From an uncultured virus (IMG/VR IMGVR_UViG_3300025102_000020) (Duplodnaviria > Heunggongvirae > Uroviricota > Caudoviricetes > Crassvirales): DNA of 64,000 nucleotides. Of the stretch, positions 42,601 to 49,492 are shown one piece after another (position 1 is the stretch's first letter; every line of letters starts with the position of its first letter). Below the pieces are notes generated by a model, which was not told where the DNA came from, searched no databases, and saw only the letters and a list, made by a program, of their open reading frames with translations. The position numbers and the translations under genes were made by a program. The stretch lies in the IMG/VR virus record IMGVR_UViG_3300025102_000020; one strand, 5' to 3'.

Positions 42601-44447
42601 CTTCAGAGTACAGCGAGCCGTCTCAAACGTGGATAACAGGCAGTATAGCTAATGACATAAAAAACATGTCAGAGCGTGTAAGTAGACAGAAGCACTTGGA
42701 AACTTTTATCAAAAATAAAAACGAAATATTCTCAAAAGATAACATGAACAAGTTGAGAGTTATACAAGGAGATGATTATGTGGAGTTTTTAGAGGAAATG
42801 CTAGACAGAATGGAGAATGGCAATAGAAGTGTCCAAGGAAACACAATTTCTAGAACAGAAAGAGAGTTCAACGAGTGGGTTAATAATTCTGTTGGTGCTA
42901 TTATGTTCCTTAATATGAGGTCGGCTGTTTTACAGCTTTTATCTACGACGAACTTTATAGACATGGGATATAATCATCCACTAAAAGCCGCCAAAGCCGT
43001 TACAACCAAAGAGTATTGGATTAACTTCCTTAAAATATGGAACTCTGACTGGTTAAAGTCAAGAGCTGAAAAAGGAGGCAGAACAATAAATGAAGAAGAA
43101 CTTATAGAAGCTATCACAGGTTCAAAAAATCCAATTAGCTCTTTTATAGCTCTTTGTTTAGAAAAAGGTTTCACGCCTACTTCTATAGCCGATCGTTTAG
43201 CTATTACTTTTGGAGGGGCTAGTTACTTAACTAATGGTGTGAAGCATTACATGGACATGTTAAAAAACGAAGATACAATGCGTGAAATAATGGGAGACGG
43301 AGTTTATACCACTGAAGAGATTGAAAAGGCTGCTTTTGATTTAGCTTTTTTAGATTTACAACAAAAATCCAACGAATCCCAACAATCTTCTGATCCTAGG
43401 TTTATATCTTCTATACAAGCTGGAGGTTTAGGTAGAGTTTTGTTTGCGTTTAAAAATACTCCTATGCAGTATACTCGTCTGATGAAAAGATCTATGCAAG
43501 ATCTTTTGAAAGGACGTGGAAACTCAGCTCAACATATAGCTAAGATAGCTTATTACGGCGCGATTCAAAACTTTATATTCTCAGCACTACAAACGGCTTT
43601 ATTCGCAGCTCTTGATCAAAGCGATGATGAATGGGATAAAAAATCAGATAGAGTCATCCAGCAAATGATAGACTCTATATTAGTAGGATTAGGTTTAAAA
43701 GGAGCTATTATAGTAACTGTTAAAAACGGTATTTTAACATATTTAGATCAAGACGCTAGAGGATGGAATGCAGATCATACTTATACTATATTACAGTTCG
43801 CTAACTTCTCACCAACAATTGGTAGTAAACTTAGAAAGGTATATAGTTCTATAAAAGGAGAGCAATTAAATGAAGACGTGATTGCCGAAATGAACTTATG
43901 GGACCCTAGAAATCCTGCTTGGGCCTCTGTAGCTAATCTAATAGAAGCTTTTACTAACTTACCTGCTGCTAGGGTTAATAATATAATAAATAGTTTGCTA
44001 GCAATATCTGCTGATGAAAACGAATTTATGGATAACTTAATGTTAGTTATGGGTTGGAATCCTTGGGACTTAGGAATTGAAACAGAATCAAAGAAAGTTA
44101 AGAAAGAATTAAAAAGCAAAAAAGAGAAAGCTAAAGAAAAAGAAAAAGAAAAGAAAAAACAAAAACAAGTACAAGAAATTGTAAACAAACAAATAGAAGA
44201 ACACAAAGAAGAAATAAAGTCAAAACCAGAAGAGAAAAAAGGTTCTTATAAATGTTCTCAAGTAAACAAAGAGGGAAATAGATGTAAAATAGAAGTAAAT
44301 TTCCCTGGAGACAAATGTACTTACCACGAGGACGTTCCTATTAGAAAAGACGGTAAAAAAACGCAATGTAAAAAAATTAAATCTAATGGCAAGAGATGTG
44401 GTAACAAAACTATGGCCACTAGTGGTTTGTGTCCAATCCACGATTAA
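33630..44447 (+). CDS. 3605-aa polyvalent (probably ejected) protein: zincin HEXXH, HAD phosphatase, P-loop kinase, C-terminal Cys/His fingers
   Basis: HEYIH (37551), FDFDGT..ILTAR..FVDD (from 40908), GGPGAGKS..IVIDGT (41484), two C-x6-G-x2-C...C-x2-H units at end. Confidence 0.8.
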   Translation: MALEEIVQSMIDDGRSEEEIASVISEHDNIEKIDNNKVFKSPSEDIDEVETVEPKTKTEVPALEEPAMETDVEEIKVTDLTKENETKKRRFKDKVKSILGPMNVSTELQDNVVRLKELYNNIDIDAITESSKKTTADSYFQINQIKRRQGFDLSHLSDEFLEEEGLERQIPFKKAFFDYYKNEQGYTKKDIKKLWKEYEQYEKTDTLPDNDFVNNEIMERVNKEKGRVTGEFFKDLNKFEISEVEKYLREVENKADIEVSYNPLIPEEEGGDGQFESIVTNIESRITQLQNQYDISEEKGFGQVNTKMKGDIKEELDGLKQELELFKNKQFRDLKLIPQIFEATNYGGDAIGNINNGRSNQETYIYNVDFPEVEVNDKQIVITPAQANLNLVKDIFSQTIDTDSKMLEKMGETYWTDTIENFEKYAEEQGYEIWNGTDVDLEDSDLLRGSDKYYGELIKFIGEDKTKAYKNYLNWVAKKSQVDGYVDPQGWMKLSTFDINEDHTPTNWFGIEDFQRKYNTQMVHLFNEKLTPTEILDYQKSMYNVTGFNLYNEWEQERIKDEDTYRKLTGKHLLQPTTYKGVYYEPRINMNPESRKSVEADLRARHSFYKPFAELSSYDINRVTNYTTRKLNKHIKDAFKRIEQIEKAAEKEMEKYLSSVPKELTDRLGELMDMLASYPTTPTTKEDIRKYNDIILEAQAIDEAMEETGINDLHKRLKYLKNLLEVEIETLVEICEITDKQEPIRRIAGTNYNDWDLAIHNIEKGILYPLGMLVRDVLLLDRTQQITKHNNLGTRVDINGNLVHAFRPSNTFNVDFDNTTFRGSFFSNLFTWDTRIQGRLFADAAPTLSIISFSALTGGTTASWLIPFFATGYGNEVFKLENRRNEAKKYIDFYKAAYNLAETEEDKFYYGNLMNEADRMSNLSEFDIYASGIYKGLTEVLTEYTLGYGFFLRRLRRFNNRRLAGGAGLGNLVSLNVVNHMSNVSQEVLVEILHNGWDKYYLGDDISLFKGLDERRWWDNTVWTTLVIQGPGTVRQSLNVFNDAVSTQRSRAKQRELAKELHGLLETKKEIMEDESGSRLAELEEINKRISEVLEESNMINFMNLSELDELTMEEMKEAFSIQRQIDERVSRLSSMAEAFGPDKKLRDKLVQEITELQNKKDKILNKESDKTIEDTKDAANPGVAAYNWGLTKFYNRAIKAMAEQDEDLNYYELDYKIVHLGKFDKDGNKIYELTEKDKAAIRKRFPKDANVIINGITKSFAVNEGNSIYVFTNNQLNAIKFEFAPELSLFPTARRMNAAYATVAALHEYIHYYLFKKGLVTYEYDFDVTETEEGIEAVEEVESTSLEADKIKKKRILNESLRESLEELDRYLQGKLTNKEMELVRNRIAKYKKENNNQDDYEEFVMLLSDLLATGYITKTDINAMFHVRSFFQGLAEFVGLDYGFGNLFKRPEDIVTYLESLQRKINAGKLKVILDPEEEKEVKTKEDDHVVMMSIMENLASEVDAIWAKDGVNGTVDIISLYGGVYNYDTGAFDVIPNSMLDRAIRKYRGFPSFDYNELANAFVTEKRGLMEMITKEYNAKHKKQKDSKTTEKEATLSMFLNKFWPERIKQIAVDVLKQEFEPEITEKTTKMIDEDGNMDFDFFIDNQIDLQLATVLGVEERIKEKIREAVEKTFGTKLPAVTSLKFKTVVNDAVRAELNGVIRELMGGRSAAKFKAFLESNYTDKGGNVIEVWKAIYDAIPQSILNKSFQAFIEPVLDEQGRQVRPDNNRLFKRKDITKEEFLDFFFGENVGRSTQGTRKTGLINALAVTLSRHYVIDHLEDSKNLEKTENINELQGHQKVDNYLARVTEALDLNPENKLSIMELTPGVIDEVSKLRDFVSENGETKGSDMAPLLDKYLDEEVDDKFKGFMGVIIEDVKNIFDEYGSISMEELAKAIDSKFGQNIGFEFFPNFNEVIKKLTNGEVKLMDLKTKEGEKRFFELMGELSETMDPRFLDVKTVRYFFSGNTTVTGFSSGTRVNSKGKTVPAAYSMDFMMDKLIRNTDINDFVKYNETTKEFELVNVETLTPAEEKKIEEVIIAWNKDMGIDHDSSIEIAKLADKINESFNLNERREGIEFARDYLYKKINAFVNQHEDGTKERLEAISFVARLLQYQTNVKPGLSRQGAFLSSFTLDFSETEARPFQWEHNIQLLNFNANVLKSIIDGKFDERYETLSSKYVQSLLDKDAQIFLDGKNLPTEEFKAKYKVDFAEIEKYRGKTGGAPGFTIGMESEALWIVALSNASRTVDLRTGLTMDRVIYNKINTKRAVDYLDGIAERIRSNAPNTRNSDIVFNPMNESKIFSNKFNTDLFNDIISSLVIGEDATEKIDILANSIRTQNAKDIKDYKVINKITENNKIENEEQDEIDKVVKMSLAGEFNGASLFDFDGTVGESDNVVIATKDGVTRTLDGVQWAEDGLRLIQEGWEMDFSDFNNVTNGKLGPLWQKLINQLIKYGNQDVYILTARAPEVQDALFKFINGEIDKHNEKNNTNVPHMIRGNIVGLGDSTGKAKADWIKNNLIFNGFNDIYFVDDMKENVDEVQDMFNEFPEGIIRDGGKSVLVDANKANTDNKVIFLVGGPGAGKSNIVNQLGLGKNYVVLNPDAIMEPMLKKAGLPLDQSLLETKEQRSQWAKIQQAAIKDFKAEIERLKSEGKGIVIDGTGASSNVMQKRYNDFESLGYDIGAVFVNTSLETALDRNSKRERSLRESIVTRTWENVQENIDFYKELFGNDFFQIDTDNIGQFDVLPLSFTENVSNFTLRDNIQEDDVDYAKYSLSESFNIIIEESTGIEAKKRYSDVQANLQGKRKWWNKLNILTDPGAEDFKGLLYSLLSPGKEGERQMEWFKRNLIDPYDKGVAEMEKERIRLLQNYKEIIKGLPKIKKKLQSKIKREDGKDSYLTLNQAVRVWIWTKNGVDMTAMGLSKRDLDLCLKTIESDPELKTFADALRNISSEYSEPSQTWITGSIANDIKNMSERVSRQKHLETFIKNKNEIFSKDNMNKLRVIQGDDYVEFLEEMLDRMENGNRSVQGNTISRTEREFNEWVNNSVGAIMFLNMRSAVLQLLSTTNFIDMGYNHPLKAAKAVTTKEYWINFLKIWNSDWLKSRAEKGGRTINEEELIEAITGSKNPISSFIALCLEKGFTPTSIADRLAITFGGASYLTNGVKHYMDMLKNEDTMREIMGDGVYTTEEIEKAAFDLAFLDLQQKSNESQQSSDPRFISSIQAGGLGRVLFAFKNTPMQYTRLMKRSMQDLLKGRGNSAQHIAKIAYYGAIQNFIFSALQTALFAALDQSDDEWDKKSDRVIQQMIDSILVGLGLKGAIIVTVKNGILTYLDQDARGWNADHTYTILQFANFSPTIGSKLRKVYSSIKGEQLNEDVIAEMNLWDPRNPAWASVANLIEAFTNLPAARVNNIINSLLAISADENEFMDNLMLVMGWNPWDLGIETESKKVKKELKSKKEKAKEKEKEKKKQKQVQEIVNKQIEEHKEEIKSKPEEKKGSYKCSQVNKEGNRCKIEVNFPGDKCTYHEDVPIRKDGKKTQCKKIKSNGKRCGNKTMATSGLCPIHD

Positions 44448-44468
44448 ATAAACTTAAAAACACGTAAT
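44445..44468 (+). promoter_or_regulatory. candidate phage promoter TAAATA-N13-GTAAT
   Basis: about 26 nt upstream of 44495 start; same spacing as other copies. Confidence 0.5.
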
Positions 44469-44494
44469 CTTATAAAAATAAAGTAAACTATAAA

Positions 44495-44779
44495 ATGGCA
44501 AAAGAATTAAATGAAGACACTGGCTTTATATTAAGTGTTAAAACACTAATAGGAATAGGATTTGCAATAGCTACGGTAGTTGGTATGTGGTTTGCACTTC
44601 AAGCGGATATCGCGGAAGCTAAAGAACTACCAGTTCCTCCTCCACCAGACGTAACAAGAATGGAATTTGATATGAAAGATCAAAATATAAGGCTGACTAT
44701 TGAAAATACAGCTGATGATGTCGAAGAGCTAAAAGAAGACTTAGATAGAATCGAAGAAAAGATAGATAAACTAAGATGA
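44495..44779 (+). CDS. single-pass membrane protein with coiled coil
   Basis: TLIGIGFAIATVVGMWFAL TM helix; PVPPPP; heptad C-terminus. Confidence 0.7.
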   Translation: MAKELNEDTGFILSVKTLIGIGFAIATVVGMWFALQADIAEAKELPVPPPPDVTRMEFDMKDQNIRLTIENTADDVEELKEDLDRIEEKIDKLR

Positions 44780-45126
44780 AAAGCCCTCATAGAGTATTCG
44801 GAACTTACTTGTTAATATTACTATTCTTGTTATTAGCAAATAAATCTTACGGTCAAATAGTAGTCACTCATTTCAACGCCGAATGGAACGAACCTAATAA
44901 AGTTAAATTCATTGGAGATTTAACAGACTGCGAAATAGTTTACGTAGACATAGCTGCTTCTCCGAAATTACAAGCTAAACACGAAATAATTGTTGTGCCC
45001 ACCGTTGTTATATTTAAAGATGGAGAAGAAGTAAAGAGATTTCAAGCAGACATATCGTTCGCTATGAAAGCTACAAGAGAGGACATGCAAACAGAGATTG
45101 ATGAATTATTAATGGAAGATTTCTAA
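44776..45126 (+). CDS. secreted thioredoxin-fold protein lacking CXXC
   Basis: signal peptide SYG|Q; HFNAEWN in place of F.A.WC..C; VVPTVVIFKDGEEVKRF. Confidence 0.75.
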   Translation: MKSPHRVFGTYLLILLFLLLANKSYGQIVVTHFNAEWNEPNKVKFIGDLTDCEIVYVDIAASPKLQAKHEIIVVPTVVIFKDGEEVKRFQADISFAMKATREDMQTEIDELLMEDF

Positions 45127-47348
45127 TGAAGAAAATATTATTATTATTATTATTATTACCTTTTACGCTACTAGGACAAAAACAAGCAGTAGTCCATATA
45201 AATACCGATGCTTACCCTAGTGAGACGTATTGGATAGTAATGAAGGATTCTCTTTACGGAGACACGATAGCCAGCGTTCAAGCCGGTCACTACAACTCTG
45301 CTAACAGTACTTTTACTGATACATTTGCAATAGCAGACAGTGTTACTAATATTACTTTTTTAATTAGAGACACTTATGGAGACGGTATGAACGGAAGTTT
45401 CTACCTGTCTATTTGCGAGGACACTGTTATTTCGGTTCCATCGCCTAATTTTAACTCTGGCATGTTTTGGAATAGATTAGTTCCTAACTGTATGCCTAAT
45501 CCACCACCACCAACAGGGAATTGTGTTCCAGCGATGGTTAACATAAATTTAGATCAATTCACCAGCGAAACTAGTTGGGAAATAAAAGACACTAATGGTA
45601 TTATTTTATTCTCAGGAGGACCATACCCAAACGCTCCTGATTACGAACCACAGTTTATTCCAATCTGTATAGATACAGGTAACTTTGAATTTACAATACT
45701 AGATTCATACGGAGACGGTTTAAATGGAAGTTTGTGGGGAGGAAACGATGGGTCGTATTATGTGATGCAGTGTGGCGATACCTTGGTATATGGTACCGTA
45801 CCAAATTTTGGGACAGATTCTACACATGCTTTTATATCGGATACGTGTACACCACCACCTCCTATTCCAGGCTGTATGGATTTTGATTACTTAGAATACA
45901 ATCCATCAGCCACCGTAAACGATAGTAGCTGCGCTACTTTAAAGATATTAGGTTGTATCGATTCAACTATGTTTAATTATGATTCTTTGGCTAATACCAT
46001 GGATTATATAGACAGCTGTTATTACACCCTCATACTACATGATCTCGTGGGTAACGGGTGGGTTGGTAGTAGATTAGAAATATACCAAGATGATACCTCT
46101 CAATTTGTAATGACCAGTGGTTCAAATCAGGTCTATTCAATACAATTAAAAGCTCCTGAATTAGTAAAAGTTAAGTTTTTTATTAACGCCCAAGCCTCTG
46201 CGACTGCGTTAGAATGTGGCTTTACCTTACGTAACCCAATAGGAGACACCGTGCTTAGCGTTAGGCCTCCTTTTATACAGCCATTCTTCACTTATGTAGG
46301 CATGACTAACTGCGGGACTGAATGTGTTGAAAATGTTGTAGGATGTATGGATTCGCTAGCTGAAAACTACGAACCTACAGCGAATATAGATACGTTTTGT
46401 TATTATATTCCGGGATGTATATCTCCTGCGTATCTACAGTATCATATAGACACATCTAACGGGGTTTATGTAGATTTTAATATACAGGACAGCTGTGGAG
46501 ATTTGGCTGTGTTTGGATGTTTAGATTCAACTGCTTTTAATTACGATTCTTTAGCTAATGTTGACAACGGAGGTTGTTTACCCGTTGTAACAGGATGCAT
46601 GGAAAGCTTAGCGTTGAATTACAATCCGTTAGCAAACACACCTGACACGTGTATAGCTTATATTTATGGTTGTACGGATTCCACTCAGTTTAACTACGAT
46701 AGTTTAGCTAATACTGATGATGGTAGTTGTGAGCCTTTTGTGTATGGATGTATGGATTCTACAATGTTTAATTTTAACCCTGTTGCTAATGCAAATGATA
46801 CTTGTATACCTTTTATTTATGGCTGCACTGATCCGTCTATGTTCAATTATGAGGCATCGGCAAACTCAGAAGATTTTAGTTGCGTGCCTTTTATTTATGG
46901 GTGCACCGACAGTCTTGCTCTTAATTTTGACGCTACTGCTAATACAGACAATGGGTCATGTGTTGCTGTGGTTGTTGGGTGTATGGATCAAGATGCGTAC
47001 AATTATAACGAGTTGGTTACGGTAAGCGAGCAGGACTCTTGTTTATATGACGCTGAGTGTGTAACTGGACCTGGTATACCTTATTGGCTAAACGACCCTT
47101 GCTACGCGTGGGTTATTGATGTTGATGAATACTGCTGTGAAAACGAATGGGATGAAATATGTCAAGCAACTTATGACTATTGCGAAGGAACGTGGATTGG
47201 ACCTTTACCAAAACGATTTACTAAAAAACTAATAATGATTACAGATATACTAGGTAGACCTGTAAACAATATAACTGAGAACAAAATTCTATTCTTTATC
47301 TACGACGATAATAGTGTAGAAAAGAAATTAATAAAACTAAAAAATTAA
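45126..47348 (+). CDS. secreted Cys-rich repeat protein with T9SS-CTD-like C-terminus
   Basis: signal peptide LLG|Q; about 11 GC[MT]D..A.NY...A..DDGSC-type repeats; ITDILGR...IYDDNSVEKK end. Confidence 0.75.
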   Translation: MKKILLLLLLLPFTLLGQKQAVVHINTDAYPSETYWIVMKDSLYGDTIASVQAGHYNSANSTFTDTFAIADSVTNITFLIRDTYGDGMNGSFYLSICEDTVISVPSPNFNSGMFWNRLVPNCMPNPPPPTGNCVPAMVNINLDQFTSETSWEIKDTNGIILFSGGPYPNAPDYEPQFIPICIDTGNFEFTILDSYGDGLNGSLWGGNDGSYYVMQCGDTLVYGTVPNFGTDSTHAFISDTCTPPPPIPGCMDFDYLEYNPSATVNDSSCATLKILGCIDSTMFNYDSLANTMDYIDSCYYTLILHDLVGNGWVGSRLEIYQDDTSQFVMTSGSNQVYSIQLKAPELVKVKFFINAQASATALECGFTLRNPIGDTVLSVRPPFIQPFFTYVGMTNCGTECVENVVGCMDSLAENYEPTANIDTFCYYIPGCISPAYLQYHIDTSNGVYVDFNIQDSCGDLAVFGCLDSTAFNYDSLANVDNGGCLPVVTGCMESLALNYNPLANTPDTCIAYIYGCTDSTQFNYDSLANTDDGSCEPFVYGCMDSTMFNFNPVANANDTCIPFIYGCTDPSMFNYEASANSEDFSCVPFIYGCTDSLALNFDATANTDNGSCVAVVVGCMDQDAYNYNELVTVSEQDSCLYDAECVTGPGIPYWLNDPCYAWVIDVDEYCCENEWDEICQATYDYCEGTWIGPLPKRFTKKLIMITDILGRPVNNITENKILFFIYDDNSVEKKLIKLKN

Positions 47349-47354
47349 AAAATT

Positions 47355-47726
47355 ATGGCAACATTAACACCAACACTAACACTGGCTAGCACAGACATTT
47401 CTTCTGATGAGTCTTTAAATCTTTCTGTTACAGATTCTTTAGCTGTACTAGGCGGGTCTCAAACTTTTCAAGTTGTAACGTCTGATACTGCAGCTGTGTT
47501 TTTAGCAAACGGAGGATACACAAAGTCTTACGTATTTTTACAAAACCTTAGTACTTCTTCTGGGGAGATAATCTATATAAGAACTGCTACAGGTGGTACA
47601 GATATATTAGATCTTGGCGCTGGAGAGTTTGCTTTATTTCCTTGGTCTGCGGACGTAGACTTAGCTTATGACGCGGCTACTGGAACACCTACTATGGAAG
47701 TAAGAGTATATCAAGCTGCGGCTTAA
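47355..47726 (+). CDS. MATLTPTLTLAS paralog 1 (probable virion protein)
   Basis: shares N-terminus and L..GEF..FP with next gene. Confidence 0.7.
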   Translation: MATLTPTLTLASTDISSDESLNLSVTDSLAVLGGSQTFQVVTSDTAAVFLANGGYTKSYVFLQNLSTSSGEIIYIRTATGGTDILDLGAGEFALFPWSADVDLAYDAATGTPTMEVRVYQAAA

Positions 47727-47757
47727 TAAATAATAACAATAAATAAAACAAAACAAT

Positions 47758-48207
47758 ATGGCAACATTAACACCAACATTAACGTTAGCAAGTACAGATG
47801 CTTTTGCTAGCCAACCATTAAGTTTATCTGTAACAGATAGCTTAACAATAGCAGCCCCTATGACCGATATATCAACTATGAATACAGATGATGATCCTAG
47901 AGGATATGGCGCTGGAGTAATAATAGATGAAGAAGATACTAACGAGTATTATGTTTATGTAAAGCACACTGGTCTATTGGCTTCAGATGGTACAACCGCT
48001 TCTCACGCTACTAATGATTTTGTTTCAGTAGGAAACGGAGACGGAGACGCTGCTGCTAACATAATTAAATTACAACCTGGAGAATTTTGCTTCTTTCCAA
48101 CAACAGCTGCAGATGGATCAGACGGCGGTGTTGAAGTAGGAGGAGTTAAAGCTACTGCTGGTTCAGCTGCTGTTAGATTAGAGTATGCATACTTTAAAAG
48201 AGGATAA
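47758..48207 (+). CDS. MATLTPTLTLAS paralog 2 (probable virion protein)
   Basis: MATLTPTLTLASTD...LSVTDSL...LQPGEFCFFP. Confidence 0.7.
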   Translation: MATLTPTLTLASTDAFASQPLSLSVTDSLTIAAPMTDISTMNTDDDPRGYGAGVIIDEEDTNEYYVYVKHTGLLASDGTTASHATNDFVSVGNGDGDAAANIIKLQPGEFCFFPTTAADGSDGGVEVGGVKATAGSAAVRLEYAYFKRG

Positions 48208-49244
48208 TGAAAAGGATATTAATATTATTATTAATACTGCCTTTACTTTCTTTTTCTCAAAACGTAGATCTTAAAAAGATATTTAAGTTCTCTACTTTCT
48301 ATGGAGCTATAAACGGAGGTACGTCTATCTCAGATGTAGAGACTTTCTCTATAACTAACGGTTTAGGTGTAACGACGGTTAGAACTCCTTACGACTACAA
48401 CGCTACACTAGGAGTTAGAAAAATAGCTAGATTTGGATACGAAAACAAAGCCAATACTTTTTATGATGGCACAGAGTCGAATTATAGTGACGCTGCGACA
48501 TTAGGCAAAATATCTGGATTTGAATTCTTATTTGAAGCTAACTACAAGAGACAAGAGGGCGTTGAGTATTTGGATCAACATCATTTCTTAAGATATGTAG
48601 CTAACAATTGGACTACTAAAGTAGAGTATTTAAAAGACGGGTTTGCCGACGTAGAGTACTTTGAAGGTTCTCAAAGGTATAGATATAACTATAACAACAA
48701 GTTGTCATTTAACGTTGGTGCTGCTCAGCGAATAGCCGAGCCATACGGTTATAATCCGCTAGATCAATGGATACTTGATAACGGTAATATTCATTACACA
48801 TACTTAGCTTTACAGGAAGGTTATAATGTTGACGTGTATAATTCTATATACACAAATCCAAACGGAGAGGTTGTTGCCACTTCTTCTGATGTTTGGGAGC
48901 AAATAGTTATACCTGAAGTATTGTCTGATTACACTAATAAGAAAAGAAATGAATTAGATAGAATTTGGAACCATTCTTTAGTTATAGGTTTCGACTACTA
49001 TCATTATACCAAAAGCTATTGGTTGCATAGTTGGGGTAGTATATTTCCTTATCATTATAATACTAAAAACGAGTACTCTTACCACAACTACATAGATGGT
49101 CAGTGGTATGATTATTCTGGAGGAATAATATTTGGAAAAAAGATTAGTAAGCAATTAGGTGTTTTTGTAGAGGGAAAATATAATAAATACTGGAACAGAG
49201 AATGGCACAACTTTAAATTAGGAATTAACTATATAATAAGATAA
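48207..49244 (+). CDS. putative outer-membrane beta-barrel protein
   Basis: signal peptide SFS|Q; Tyr/Phe/Trp/Gly-rich alternating strands; C-terminal FKLGINYII. Confidence 0.65.
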   Translation: MKRILILLLILPLLSFSQNVDLKKIFKFSTFYGAINGGTSISDVETFSITNGLGVTTVRTPYDYNATLGVRKIARFGYENKANTFYDGTESNYSDAATLGKISGFEFLFEANYKRQEGVEYLDQHHFLRYVANNWTTKVEYLKDGFADVEYFEGSQRYRYNYNNKLSFNVGAAQRIAEPYGYNPLDQWILDNGNIHYTYLALQEGYNVDVYNSIYTNPNGEVVATSSDVWEQIVIPEVLSDYTNKKRNELDRIWNHSLVIGFDYYHYTKSYWLHSWGSIFPYHYNTKNEYSYHNYIDGQWYDYSGGIIFGKKISKQLGVFVEGKYNKYWNREWHNFKLGINYIIR

Positions 49245-49245
49245 T

Positions 49246-49491
49246 ATGAGCTTTAAAATGAAAGGGTCTTATCATTACGGTACAAACCCACTAAAACAAA
49301 AAGAGGATTTTAAACCTCACAATATGTACGATAAGCAAAAAGCTGAAACGTACAATGAGCACGTTGATTTAAAAGAGAAAGGTTATAAGCACAGTCCTTA
49401 CAAGGCTAAAGATTGTAATTGCTGGGATGGTTATAGTAGAGTAGCTGGTACGAAACCTTGTGCGCCTGGTAGTTGTAAAAAAGACAAATAA
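49246..49491 (+). CDS. small protein with MSFKMKG leader and CWDGY..C..GSC motif
   Basis: MSFKMKGSYHYGTNPLKQ; SPYKA. Confidence 0.7.
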   Translation: MSFKMKGSYHYGTNPLKQKEDFKPHNMYDKQKAETYNEHVDLKEKGYKHSPYKAKDCNCWDGYSRVAGTKPCAPGSCKKDK

Positions 49492-49492
49492 T

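Noticed and set aside
694..44441. Many 60-175 aa antisense ORFs within the + strand block (and + ORFs within the - block)
   Set aside because: Shadow frames of long genes, rich in F/S/L/I as expected from the reverse complement of K/E-rich codons
33630..44447. Giant protein as crAss- or N4-like virion RNA polymerase
   Set aside because: No DxDxD (DFDID/NADFDGD) catalytic motif seen; FDFDGT belongs to a HAD set with matching motifs II-IV, and MDFDFFID does not fit
44495..45126. Spanin pair
   Set aside because: The second protein has an SPI-type signal and thioredoxin fold, with no lipobox Cys
45860..47050. Cys-rich repeats as CRISPR array or DGR template/variable repeats
   Set aside because: Repeats are in frame, degenerate at synonymous sites and lack spacers; no cas or reverse transcriptase gene in the window
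49460..49492. N-terminal extension of the 49460 ORF
   Set aside because: Overlaps the upstream gene; the MAFKMKG Met at 49493 matches the family and follows the upstream stop
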